A DNA stretch of 64,000 nt, taken from positions 30,521 through 94,520 of the forward strand of contig JAJDYE010000023.1 in the NCBI GenBank assembly GCA_022822905.1. Reading direction: 5' to 3'. Under the pieces are notes generated by a model. It did not search any database. It had not been told where the DNA came from and saw only the letters and a program-made list of their open reading frames with translations. How positions within the stretch are numbered: the stretch's first letter is position 1; every line of letters begins with the position of its first letter. The position numbers were made by a program, and so were the translations under genes. This DNA is from Acidimicrobiia bacterium (lineage in GTDB: Bacteria; Actinomycetota; Acidimicrobiia; Acidimicrobiales; Bin134). This document shows, piece after piece, positions 55,316 to 64,000 of this stretch.

Positions 55316-56083
55316 ATGAGCACGGCATTTGGAATCGACATCGGCGGCAGCGGGATGAAGGCCGCGCCGGTGGATCTCAGCACCGGCCAACTGGCCGACA
55401 AGAGACTCCGCCTACCCACCCCAAAGCCGGGCACACCCGACCAAGTGTGCGATGAGGTGCAGGAGCTGGTTGCTTCGTTCGGCTGGAACGGCCCGGTGGG
55501 ATGCGCTTTTCCCGCGCCCATCACCAACGGCACCGTGAAATGGGTGGCCCATTTGGACGACTCCTGGGCCGGGGTCGACATCGCAGGGACGATGAGCAAT
55601 CGGATTGGCGCGCCGGTGACGATCATCAACGATGCCGACGCCGCGGGGATTGCCGAGATGAGCCATGGCGCCGGTGTAGGCCGGCTGGGCACGGTGTGCT
55701 TCACCGCCTTCGGCACCGGTATCGGCAGCTCGGTGTTCGTGAACGGAAATCTGGTGCCCAACACCGAGTTCGGCCATCTCTACTTGGCCGGACACGACAA
55801 TGATGTGGAGGTGTGGACCGCGGCCAAGGTTCGCAAACGGGAGAATCTGGACTGGCCCACCTGGGTGGGGCGGGTACGGAAGTACTTGGAGCACCTCGAG
55901 AGAATCATCTCGCCTGGCCTATTCATCCTGGGCGGGGGCATCAGCAAGGACTTCGACCAGTGGGGCCCGCTGTTGGGCATTGACACCGAAGTGGTCGTCG
56001 CCCAGATGCGGAACAACGCCGGGATCGTCGGTGCAGCCATGGCGACGGTGGGCTGGAGCGCGGCGAAATCGGAAACGAGCTGA
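55316..56083 (+). CDS. ppgK: Polyphosphate/ATP glucokinase (ROK family)
   Basis: FGIDIGGSGMKAAPVDLSTG...L..P.P closely resembles the actinobacterial PpgK N-terminus. 255 aa. Confidence 0.8.
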   Translation: MSTAFGIDIGGSGMKAAPVDLSTGQLADKRLRLPTPKPGTPDQVCDEVQELVASFGWNGPVGCAFPAPITNGTVKWVAHLDDSWAGVDIAGTMSNRIGAPVTIINDADAAGIAEMSHGAGVGRLGTVCFTAFGTGIGSSVFVNGNLVPNTEFGHLYLAGHDNDVEVWTAAKVRKRENLDWPTWVGRVRKYLEHLERIISPGLFILGGGISKDFDQWGPLLGIDTEVVVAQMRNNAGIVGAAMATVGWSAAKSETS

Positions 56084-56118
56084 TCTTGAAGGCCAAATAG
56101 AAGGCCTCCCGCACCTCC

Positions 56119-58494
56119 ATGCTGAACTGGTACGCCCACCTGGTCACCCGCTCGCCATGGCGCACCATCGCGGTGGTGGCGCTCATCACCGCCGCCATGT
56201 TGCCGGGGGTGGCATTGACCACCGAAGAACCCGATGCGATGGGGTCGTTCGTGCCCGCGGGCAGCGACCTTGCTCGGGCAGTTGAAGAGCTGGAAGACCG
56301 TTTCCCCGAATCGGGCGCATTCACCAGCGCGCAGATCGTGGCTCGGGGCGACATCACCTCTCCGGACGCCATTCGGGAGCTCATTGCCCGCTCGGAAATG
56401 GCCCTGGCTCACCCCGAGGTCGCGCCTTTCGTTCCCCAAGACGGACAACCAGTGGTCCGCAGCTATGCCCATTTGATGGTGGCGCTGTCCGGCGTGCCCC
56501 CAGCCCAGCTCACCGCTGAGGATGTAGCCCGGGCGCTGGCGGTCGATCCAGCCGATGATCCCCGCGCAGCCCAGTTCGAACAGCTGCTTGGCGAGAACGC
56601 CGGATTGGGCCAGGTGAGGCTTCAGCAGATCGACCTTCCCGATTTGGGCTGGTTCGACGCCCTCTTGGCCGTCAACGACGTGATCCAGGCGGGCGACTAT
56701 GGACCCAACGCATCGGCCCGAACCCTGTCCAACGCCCGGTTCCAAGAGGGGGCCCAGCAAGCCCTGACCGACAGCGGGTTCCTGTTCCCCCTGGCGCTGG
56801 TGGTGATGGTGGTCGTGCTGGCCGCGCTGTTCCGCTCCCCGGCCGACACCGCAGTCACCATCATCGGCGTGATCCTGACCGCTCTGTGGCAGATCGGCCT
56901 CTCGGGCTACCTCGGCCCCGACGGTTTGGACAAGATCAACGGCATCACGCCGATCAGCATCATCGTGCCAGTGCTGTTGGTGGGGCTGACGGTGGACTAT
57001 TCGCTCCAGATCGTGTCTCGCCGCCGCGAGGAGCGGGATGCCGACCCGCGCCGGGCCACCAGCCGGGCGGTGTCGATCACCAGCGCAGCCATCGGCTTGG
57101 GGGCGCTGACCACCGCCCTCAGCTTCTTGACCAACCTGGCCAGCCCCCTGTCTCCCATCCGGGACTTCGGGATCCTGGCGGCGTGCGGCATCATCGCCGG
57201 GTTCTTCATCATGACCTCTCTGGTGCCCGCGGTGAGGATGCTGGGCGACCGCCGGCGGTTGTTCCGAGGGCAGCCGCTGAGGACCCGGCTGGTAATCGAC
57301 TCCATACCCGGCGTGCGCCGCTTGCTGGTGCCCACCGTGGTCCGTTGCGCCCGTCATCCCAAGCTCACGCTCTTGGCCGTAGCCGCGCTGGCCGGTGCGG
57401 CGGTGGCGGGAGGCATCAACGTGAACACCGAGTTCAAGGAGGACGAGTTCTTGCCCGAGGACTCGGAGGTGGTGCAAGACATCCGGTTGGCCCGCGATGA
57501 GGTAGGCGGGCTGAGCACCACGATCACCGGAGTGGTCATCACCGAACTCGATGACCCGGCCGCAGCCCGAGCCCTGGTGGCGTTGGACGACCGGCTGCGG
57601 GGCCCAGGGCCCGGGTCGGGCGAGTCGGCGCCTTCGAGTTTGGAGCAGCCCATACATGTGGTCGGCGTGGGCGGCAGCACGCTGGTATCTCTGGCCACTG
57701 AAACGGTGCCCAACGCCCGAGCAGTGCTCACCCAGGGATCATCCGATGACCTGGCCCAGTTGTACCGCCAGGTGTCCGAAGCCGCCCCCGACGACTTTGC
57801 CAAAGTCGCCTCGCTTGCCGACTCGTCGGGAAATGACGTGACCATCATCCCGATTCAGGCGTATTTCGGAAGCGACAGCGACGCCCGAGATCTCTACAAC
57901 GCGTCTGGCGACCTATGGGCTGATGGGGCTCCTGGAAATTTCACGGTGACAGGGGCTCAGATCAACCCGGGAGTGACCACCAACGCGGTGGCTCGCAGCC
58001 AGACCACCGCCACGTTCATCACCGTGCTCACCGCACTCGCCCTGCTCACGGTGTACTTCTGGCGGGCGCACCGCCGTCCGCTGCTGGGGGTGATAACCGT
58101 GGCCCCCATCGTTGTGGTGCTTATGTTGCTGCTAGGGCTTATGTGGGTGCTGGGCATCAACTACAACGCGCTCACCGCGCTGTTGACGTCGCTCACCATC
58201 GGTATTGGCGTGGACTACACCATCCATTTTGCCCACCGGTATCTGCATGAGCGCGAGCAGGGGTCACCGATCACCGAAGCTCTGACAACTACGGCCAACA
58301 GCGTTGGCGGAGCGCTGTTCGGATCGGCCACCACCACGGCCCTGGGTTTCATCGTGCTGGCCTTCGCCCCGCTGCTGGTGGTGAGCCAACTGGGGATTCT
58401 GATCGCCATCACTGGGATCCTGTCGATGATGGCCGCCGCAATCATCCTGCCCTGCCTGCTGGTGCTGGCCGACCGCCGCACCCAGCCCGGATAG
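56119..58494 (+). CDS. MMPL/RND-superfamily membrane transporter
   Basis: 791 aa. Two blocks of about 6 TM spans, each preceded by a soluble loop. Typical MMPL layout. Confidence 0.8.
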   Translation: MLNWYAHLVTRSPWRTIAVVALITAAMLPGVALTTEEPDAMGSFVPAGSDLARAVEELEDRFPESGAFTSAQIVARGDITSPDAIRELIARSEMALAHPEVAPFVPQDGQPVVRSYAHLMVALSGVPPAQLTAEDVARALAVDPADDPRAAQFEQLLGENAGLGQVRLQQIDLPDLGWFDALLAVNDVIQAGDYGPNASARTLSNARFQEGAQQALTDSGFLFPLALVVMVVVLAALFRSPADTAVTIIGVILTALWQIGLSGYLGPDGLDKINGITPISIIVPVLLVGLTVDYSLQIVSRRREERDADPRRATSRAVSITSAAIGLGALTTALSFLTNLASPLSPIRDFGILAACGIIAGFFIMTSLVPAVRMLGDRRRLFRGQPLRTRLVIDSIPGVRRLLVPTVVRCARHPKLTLLAVAALAGAAVAGGINVNTEFKEDEFLPEDSEVVQDIRLARDEVGGLSTTITGVVITELDDPAAARALVALDDRLRGPGPGSGESAPSSLEQPIHVVGVGGSTLVSLATETVPNARAVLTQGSSDDLAQLYRQVSEAAPDDFAKVASLADSSGNDVTIIPIQAYFGSDSDARDLYNASGDLWADGAPGNFTVTGAQINPGVTTNAVARSQTTATFITVLTALALLTVYFWRAHRRPLLGVITVAPIVVVLMLLLGLMWVLGINYNALTALLTSLTIGIGVDYTIHFAHRYLHEREQGSPITEALTTTANSVGGALFGSATTTALGFIVLAFAPLLVVSQLGILIAITGILSMMAAAIILPCLLVLADRRTQPG

Positions 58495-58503
58495 GGTCCG
58501 GGC

Positions 58504-59313
58504 GTGTCTTTTGCTGTTGAAGGCTCAGTGGCGGTGATCACCGGCGCCACCCGGGGCATCGGCCGCCAGATTGCCTTTCGGTTGGGCCGGGCCGGAGCCC
58601 GCCTGGTGGTGGTGGGCCGCACCGGGTCCGACGACCCCGACGCTGTGCTGCCGGGATCGCTGCCCGAGGTGGTGGCCGCGCTGGGCGAAGAGGGGATCGA
58701 GGCCCGCAGCGTGCAGGCCAATCTGACCTCGGCCGACGACACCGCCCGCATCGTGGACCGCACGCTGGAGTGGTACGGGGGCTGCGATATTCTGGTGAAC
58801 AACGCGGGCTACACCTCCAACGGCCCGATCATCGATGTGCCATCGTCTCGCTGGGAGCGGGCGTTCCGAGTGCAGGTGGTGGGACCGTTGCAGCTCTGCC
58901 AAGGGCTGTTGCCGGGGATGCTGGAGCGGGGGTCGGGCCGGGTGCTCAGCGTGAGCTCGGGGTCGGCCACTGCCATCAGCCCCAACCTGGCCCTCTACTC
59001 CACCTCCAAACAGGCCATGGAGCGGTGGAATGCATCCATGCACCTGGAGCTGGGCGGCCGAGGGGTGGCGTTCAACGTGCTGCGGGTGGATCACATCGTG
59101 TCCACCGAGGGGTGGTGGCACGTCTACAACACCCAGGGCGCCGAGATCGCCACCGGCGGCGCCGGACTCGAAACCCTGAAGACTCCCGAGTACGCCGCGG
59201 AGTGCGCCGACTGGATGATCCGCCAACCCGATGATTGGAGCGGCCGCGTGGTGGGCTTCGACGACATCACCGCCCTCGGCGGCCCTGAGCCCGGCCCTCC
59301 CGCGGTTCAGTAG
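58504..59313 (+). CDS. SDR-family oxidoreductase
   Basis: VAVITGATRGIG, NNAG and YSTSK. Confidence 0.8.
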   Translation: MSFAVEGSVAVITGATRGIGRQIAFRLGRAGARLVVVGRTGSDDPDAVLPGSLPEVVAALGEEGIEARSVQANLTSADDTARIVDRTLEWYGGCDILVNNAGYTSNGPIIDVPSSRWERAFRVQVVGPLQLCQGLLPGMLERGSGRVLSVSSGSATAISPNLALYSTSKQAMERWNASMHLELGGRGVAFNVLRVDHIVSTEGWWHVYNTQGAEIATGGAGLETLKTPEYAAECADWMIRQPDDWSGRVVGFDDITALGGPEPGPPAVQ

Positions 59314-60110
59314 TTGCTGCGAGTCTCGACGAAGAGCGAAGCCGCGCTGAGGGCGCACAGGCCGGTCTCGTCGTACAGCCGGGCTCTGGATTGGCCGATG
59401 CCGTCGGCGTCGACCCAGGTCTCGGCGTCAATGCCGATGTGCTCGCTGGTGGGATAGCGCAGCACGTGGATCGTCAGGTCGGGGTTGATCGACACGTACC
59501 GGTCGAAGGGCAGGAACGAGCCCAATCCGCTGGTGAAATCGGAGAGGGCCATCAGCCGCACCAGCGGGGTGGTCTCCTCGTCTCGCACGAAGGGAACCGC
59601 AAGCCGAACCCAGGTCTTGCTGGGGGTGCCGCCGCTGAGCCCGCCGACTACCCGATCGAACTCCACCACGTGGGGAAACCCCTCTGGCATCTGCGCCCGG
59701 GGCGCAAGCCCGACAGGTCTTCCGGTGCTGCCGGGCGGTGGAGGTAGTGGGGCATCAGGCTGCCGATAAGGGCTGACGTCTATCCCCGCTCCGGTTCGCA
59801 CCAGCACTGAGACCGCGGAGGCCACCAACTGGTCTTCGTCGCAAAGCTCGGCTCGGACGGCTTGGATCCGCTTGCCGGTGCGCAGAACCTCGGTGGTGAT
59901 GGACAGCGGCCTCACCGGCACCCGGCGCAACATGTCGAGGGTGAAGCGGGCCACCCGCATGGGAACTGGAGTTGGCACTTGCTCTACTGCTCGAGCCAGC
60001 AGCCCAGCTACCGCGCCGCCGTGCTGGACGCCGGGGTCCCAGGGCCCTTGGGCATTGAGCGTGGGGACGACGGTGTCGCCGTCCAAGTAGAAAATGGCAT
60101 CGTCGCCCAC
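59307..60110 (-). CDS. Acyl-CoA thioesterase-like (TesB-type double hotdog) protein
   Basis: QGPWDPGVQHGGAVAGLLARA is typical of the thioesterase-like superfamily. Start uncertain (GTG 60110 chosen; the ORF is open to 60200). Confidence 0.6.
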   Translation of the reverse strand: MGDDAIFYLDGDTVVPTLNAQGPWDPGVQHGGAVAGLLARAVEQVPTPVPMRVARFTLDMLRRVPVRPLSITTEVLRTGKRIQAVRAELCDEDQLVASAVSVLVRTGAGIDVSPYRQPDAPLPPPPGSTGRPVGLAPRAQMPEGFPHVVEFDRVVGGLSGGTPSKTWVRLAVPFVRDEETTPLVRLMALSDFTSGLGSFLPFDRYVSINPDLTIHVLRYPTSEHIGIDAETWVDADGIGQSRARLYDETGLCALSAASLFVETRSNY

Positions 60111-60169
60111 GAAGACTGCAAGGTAGTACCGCCCCGCCGGGGGACACGAGACGAACAGAGGAGACACCG

Positions 60170-61117
60170 ATGAAGCTCTGGGACGAAACGATCGAGGCAT
60201 ACCGCCCGGAGGCCCTTGCCTCTCTGGAGCTCCTGCACTACACCGGCGACGCCGATGCCGACCTTCCCGACGAGCCGGTGGCCCGGACCCAGATCATGCG
60301 GCAGAACTTGCGGGCCTTTGAGCCCGAACCGTCGTCGATGGCCGTCGAGTCGACTATTCTGGGACCGGCCGGTGAGATCCCGGTGAGGATGTTTGTGCCC
60401 GACGAGGCCAAGGCCATGTTCCTGCACATCCACGGCGGCGGCTGGATTCTGGGCCGGCCTCACATGTCCGACCCGGGCAATGAGGACATGGCCAAGCGCC
60501 ACGGGCTGGCCGTTTTGTCGGTGGACTACCGGCTGGCCCCCGAGCACCCCTACCCTGCCGGACCCGACGACTGCGAGGCCGCCGCGGCCTGGCTGCTGGA
60601 GCACGGCCCCGAGCGCTGGGGCACCGACAAGATGTTCATCGGAGGCGAGTCGGCCGGTGGACATCTGGCCGCAGCCACGCTGCTGCGGGTGCGCGACCGC
60701 CTCGGCGCCATCGACCGGGTGCTGGGCACCAACCTCGTGTTCGGCTGGTACGACTTGCGGGGCACCCCGTCGATCTTCGGCAACGGCGGTCATCCCGACA
60801 TGCTGAGTCCGCCGGGGTTGCAGTTCATGATCGAGTCGTTCACCCCCGGAATGTCTGACGCTGAGCGCCGCGACCCCGACGTGTCGCCCCTGTTCGCCGA
60901 CCTCTCCGGCTTGCCTCCCTGCTTGGTGTCGGTGGGCACCTACGACCACCTGCTGGACGACTCCCTGTTTTTGGCCACCCGCCTGGCTGCCGCCGAATCC
61001 CCGGTGGAACTAGCCGTCTACCCCGACTCCCCCCACGGCTTCATGGCGCTCCCCTCCGAGATGGCCAAAACCCACGCCACCCGCCTCAACTCCTGGATCT
61101 CATCGCTGCTTCCCTAG
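60170..61117 (+). CDS. Alpha/beta hydrolase, HSL-type esterase
   Basis: HGGGW oxyanion motif and GESAGG nucleophile elbow. RBS GAGGAG upstream. Confidence 0.85.
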   Translation: MKLWDETIEAYRPEALASLELLHYTGDADADLPDEPVARTQIMRQNLRAFEPEPSSMAVESTILGPAGEIPVRMFVPDEAKAMFLHIHGGGWILGRPHMSDPGNEDMAKRHGLAVLSVDYRLAPEHPYPAGPDDCEAAAAWLLEHGPERWGTDKMFIGGESAGGHLAAATLLRVRDRLGAIDRVLGTNLVFGWYDLRGTPSIFGNGGHPDMLSPPGLQFMIESFTPGMSDAERRDPDVSPLFADLSGLPPCLVSVGTYDHLLDDSLFLATRLAAAESPVELAVYPDSPHGFMALPSEMAKTHATRLNSWISSLLP

Positions 61118-61131
61118 CGGGGCGGCTCCGA

Positions 61132-61298
61132 TCAATCGTCAAAGTCCTCGGCATCCAGCACTATGTCCCAGCGGTCGTGGCAGTCTGTGCATCGATAGGC
61201 AGCCGTGTCACCGGGCACAGGCGGATCGTCCTCCGGCCAGTGCGTGATTCGGTGGCACCACCCCCCGCAGTCCACGCACACGATCTGATCAGGGATCA
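61132..61298 (-). pseudogene. Small CxxC...CxxC zinc-ribbon ORF broken by a frameshift in a G7 (plus-strand C run 61260-61266 region) homopolymer
   Basis: Frame 1 reads VIPDQIVCVDCGG. After the G run, another frame reads WCHRITHWPEDDPPVPGDTAAYRCTDCHDRWDIVLDAEDFDD-stop. One G fewer gives a continuous 55-aa ORF. Confidence 0.35.
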
Positions 61299-61311
61299 CC
61301 GCGTCTGTGTC

Positions 61312-62064
61312 TCATCCCTCGATAGCACGGCGAAGGAGACTCTCGGCTTCTAGGGACTTCTTCCAGTTACGGGCTGGTGCCCGCCAATACGCCTCGAACT
61401 CTTCGGCTGAGGCGAACTCGCCTTGTCCTGCCACAAGCTGTTCGATGTCTTTGACCGAGCCGATGTACTCTCGGGTGCCCGAGGCTCTCCTGGTTGAAAC
61501 AATCTTCCAAGACTCTTGGACCACCATCCGAAGATCGCTGATTCGCTCGGGCCGGTCCTTGTGAAAGTTGTAGATGGCCACAACTGCCAGATGCCCGGCA
61601 TAGTCATCGAACGGGCGCAGGATCCCAGAAAACTTCAACTGAGGCCAGAGGAAGTAGGTGTTGCCTGTGTACAGGGCGATGCGGCTCTGCAATGACTTGC
61701 CGGATTTCGTTCGCCGAGCGCATTTGATGTCAGCGGCATAACAGGTATTGCCGAACGCAGGGCCGCTGAGCTCCAAGTCCGGATAGGAGCGCTCTGTACC
61801 TAACCGTAGCTCCACTCCTGGCGTAGTCTTAGCCGCCGCTACTAGCCGCTCGCGAAGCTCAATCTCGACAAGGTTCGCCAGTACTGCGGGCTCGGTGGGC
61901 AACGGCAGCAGGTGACCTCGATGCATAAGGTACTCTTTGAGTTCCTCACGCCCCGTAGCCTGGACAGGCCACTGCTCATGGCTGCCCCTGAGGCGGAAAA
62001 TCCCAAGCGCTGATTGCTCCCAGCCCTCAAGCTGATCTCGTAGCCAGTCCACCGGAGAACTCAT
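61312..62064 (-). CDS. Putative type II restriction endonuclease partner of the C5-methyltransferase
   Basis: Sits 34 nt downstream of the MTase on the same strand and is AT-enriched. Candidate PD-(D/E)xK core YPDLELS...YAADIKCARR. Confidence 0.5.
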   Translation of the reverse strand: MSSPVDWLRDQLEGWEQSALGIFRLRGSHEQWPVQATGREELKEYLMHRGHLLPLPTEPAVLANLVEIELRERLVAAAKTTPGVELRLGTERSYPDLELSGPAFGNTCYAADIKCARRTKSGKSLQSRIALYTGNTYFLWPQLKFSGILRPFDDYAGHLAVVAIYNFHKDRPERISDLRMVVQESWKIVSTRRASGTREYIGSVKDIEQLVAGQGEFASAEEFEAYWRAPARNWKKSLEAESLLRRAIEG

Positions 62065-62098
62065 GTCAGATCAATGCCCCCACTCGGTATCGCGATTC

Positions 62099-63250
62099 CT
62101 AACTCCCACCACGGGCACTGGTCATGCGAACTTCAGCGACTGCTTCGGCAACTCGACGAGCCAGCAGAGGCGGGACCGCGTTACCGATTTGTGACTGCAC
62201 AGATGAGCGCTTTCCAACGAAATCGAAATCGTCCGGGAATGAGAAGAGGCGGCGAAGCTCAGGAACCCGCAAACGTCGATTCTCCCAATGGAATGGCCCG
62301 ACGTTGGGCCCCGGCTGGGCTTGAATCGTTGGGGACGGTCGATCAGGGCTCAGTTTGAGCAGAAACGACCAGTAACGAGACCGCCATTCAAACAGTGGCT
62401 CAGGATGGCCGCGTCGAGCCGTGAAGTGGAGATAGTTGTCACCTGGTGGGATCTCGGGAAGCAAGTGCCCCCACTTGCCCCGCACCGCCTCACTCGGCTC
62501 AGGGCTGATGATAAGACCTTCAAGAGCCTCACCGGAGGTGACATGAGGCAGGGGTCCGCCGTCGGTCCTCCGCCGCTCCCACTCCCCGTGATGACTGGGT
62601 GAAGGCATCTCAGGAATCGGCTCACCATTTAGGGCACCTACAACAAACAGCCGAGGGCGCAGCTGGGGTACCCCGTAGTCCGCAGCATTGAGCACCTTCC
62701 ACCGGTAGCCGTATCCAGCAGCCTCAATCTCTGCCAGCAGTCGAGTGAAAGCAGGCCGGCTGGCCTTGTTGCGAAAAGTGAGGGCATAGACGTTCTCAAG
62801 GACGAACCAGCGGGGCCGAGCCTCAGCCAAGACCCTTGTATAGGCCTGAAGCAGGCTGGCCGCCGGATCGGTGCCGTCGCGTTTCCAGTCAAGCCAGAAG
62901 CCCGACTTAGAAAAAGCAGTACATGGAGGTCCACCCACCAGCAGGTCGGGACGGTTCCGGGAGTCGAATCCGCCAGCCCGCAAAATGTCAGTGGTTGTTA
63001 CTCCTTGGTAAGAACCAGTAGCCAAAGGGTACAAGTCAGTTCGCAGCACTTCACAAAGATCGGGGAAGAACACCGACGAGTTCTTCTCCATGGTGTCAGC
63101 CGCGTCGTCGTCCCATTCGACGGCCACAGTGGTGCGAAACCCAGCCTGCTCCACTCCGAGATCAAGTCCTCCTGCCCCGGAGAAGAGCGATATCGCCGCG
63201 CCGAACTCCACGGTCTCAGTTTGACGCGTCCCGCCCTGCAACTGGCGCAT
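62099..63250 (-). CDS. dcm: DNA (cytosine-5)-methyltransferase
   Basis: Motif I LFSGAGGLDLG, motif IV GGPPCTAFS, motif VI LENV, motif X QIGNAVPPLLA. Start uncertain (63250 or 63382; the ORF is open to 63535). Confidence 0.9.
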   Translation of the reverse strand: MRQLQGGTRQTETVEFGAAISLFSGAGGLDLGVEQAGFRTTVAVEWDDDAADTMEKNSSVFFPDLCEVLRTDLYPLATGSYQGVTTTDILRAGGFDSRNRPDLLVGGPPCTAFSKSGFWLDWKRDGTDPAASLLQAYTRVLAEARPRWFVLENVYALTFRNKASRPAFTRLLAEIEAAGYGYRWKVLNAADYGVPQLRPRLFVVGALNGEPIPEMPSPSHHGEWERRRTDGGPLPHVTSGEALEGLIISPEPSEAVRGKWGHLLPEIPPGDNYLHFTARRGHPEPLFEWRSRYWSFLLKLSPDRPSPTIQAQPGPNVGPFHWENRRLRVPELRRLFSFPDDFDFVGKRSSVQSQIGNAVPPLLARRVAEAVAEVRMTSARGGS

Positions 63251-63546
63251 CCCCTGTCTGACTGCGAAGTCCAGCCCTAGCTGAACGCCCCGGCGAATCG
63301 AGTAGCTGTCCCGATGACTCACGGCCGTAATGCATACCAACCGGGTGTGACACAATCGCCGCCCCCGAGCGGGCCTTGTCATCGAGGTCAGAATTGAGCA
63401 AGTCGTGTAAGGCTTGGCGAATGAAGTTCGGGGTGTATTTCTCGTTTCGGAGGCTGCCGGGGGATTCGAAGCCGTGGGCGGAGGTGGATGACGAGAGCTT
63501 CGCCCAGATGCGGTTGACGGAGGATATTTAACCATGGTTGTCGTCT

Positions 63547-63852
63547 ATGGTTGGAATCGTTAGCCTGGTAGCTGTGACACCAAACAACGCTGCTCGGGTT
63601 GTTCCTGCGGGAGAGTTCAAAACCAAGTGCCTTCAACTCATGGATGAAGTGGATCAGACAGGTGAGTCGATCCTCATCACCAAGCGGGGCAGGCCCGTGT
63701 CGATTTTGATGCCGGTCACCTCGGAAGCTCCCGGCATCTGCGGCCGTTACAAAGACAGGGTGCGGATACCCGAAGAGGGCCTTCCCAAAGCATTCACCGC
63801 CACAGAGTGGGCCGAAATCATAGACAGCGCCGGGGCAGACGACACCGGATGA
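63547..63852 (+). CDS. Phd/YefM-family antitoxin
   Basis: VPAGEFKTKCLQLMDEVDQTGESILITKRGRPVSILMP. ATGA overlap with the downstream vapC. Confidence 0.8.
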   Translation: MVGIVSLVAVTPNNAARVVPAGEFKTKCLQLMDEVDQTGESILITKRGRPVSILMPVTSEAPGICGRYKDRVRIPEEGLPKAFTATEWAEIIDSAGADDTG

Positions 63853-64000
63853 TTCTCGACACCAATGTCCTGCTGTGGAGCGTTATTGGCGACACGTCCA
63901 AAATCAGCCTTGAAGTGCAAGCGGAGATCGATGCTCGGGTCTCCGTCGGCAATGCCGCAGTTTCGGCGATCACGTTCTGGGAGATGAGACACGCGCGTCG
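63849..64000 (+). CDS. vapC: PIN-domain toxin VapC, 3' end cut by the window edge
   Basis: MILDTNVLLWSVIGDTSKIS...AVSAITFWEM. Confidence 0.8.
   Translation, partial: MILDTNVLLWSVIGDTSKISLEVQAEIDARVSVGNAAVSAITFWEMRHAR

Noticed and set aside
55780-57657. 625-aa minus-strand ORF antisense to the MMPL transporter. Similar long shadow ORFs occur at 4104-5240, 1527-2390, 8045-8782, 11902-12858, 28958-30124, 39455-40585, 47296-48129, 58525-59358 and 60008-60949.
   Set aside because: All lie fully inside genes with clear domain signatures on the other strand. Their Arg/Gly/Pro/His-rich, motif-free translations are typical of off-frame or antisense open frames in a high-GC genome.
1-64000. A search for tRNA, rRNA, CRISPR arrays, IS elements, integrases and prophage genes.
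   Set aside because: No intergenic gap contains a tRNA-like T-arm/CCA context. No spaced direct-repeat array was seen, and no transposase or integrase motif appears in any ORF. The accessory islets therefore lack an obvious mobility gene within this window.

Overview
High-GC actinobacterial chromosomal segment; lineage markers are mca (mycothiol amidase), whiB, ppgK, an MMPL transporter and F420/LLM oxidoreductases. No rRNA, tRNA, CRISPR array, transposase or integrase was recognised. The backbone is lipid, CoA-ester and storage-polymer metabolism: phaC plus a phasin-like gene plus hbd, two P450s, two paralogous double-domain family-III CoA-transferases, MaoC hydratase, thioesterases, many SDRs, LLM oxidoreductases and an epoxide hydrolase. 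Three accessory islets, visibly more AT-rich by eye, interrupt this backbone. (1) 14.2-27.9 kb holds VapBC and a four-gene SMC-like Wadjet / TIGR02677-02680-type locus. Its ATPase gene comes first and is split by a 71-bp insertion bounded by a perfect 37-bp direct repeat. After an SDR and a cupin come an orphan HigA-like antitoxin with a 19-codon toxin stub, a type II R-M pair (SPPY methyltransferase plus endonuclease) and an orphan 264-aa gene. (2) 33.9-36.5 kb holds five toxin-antitoxin modules or remnants, each with a perfect inverted-repeat operator candidate. (3) 61.1-64.0 kb holds a C5-cytosine methyltransferase, a putative endonuclease, a frameshifted zinc-ribbon ORF and Phd-VapC. The most unusual single gene is at 44317-44841: two same-frame ORFs separated only by TGA inside the motif GH-U-GSC. 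I read this as a selenocysteine (UGSC-type) protein, translationally coupled to an uncharacterised 366-aa partner. All functional calls come from motif recognition by eye and need HMM/BLAST confirmation.
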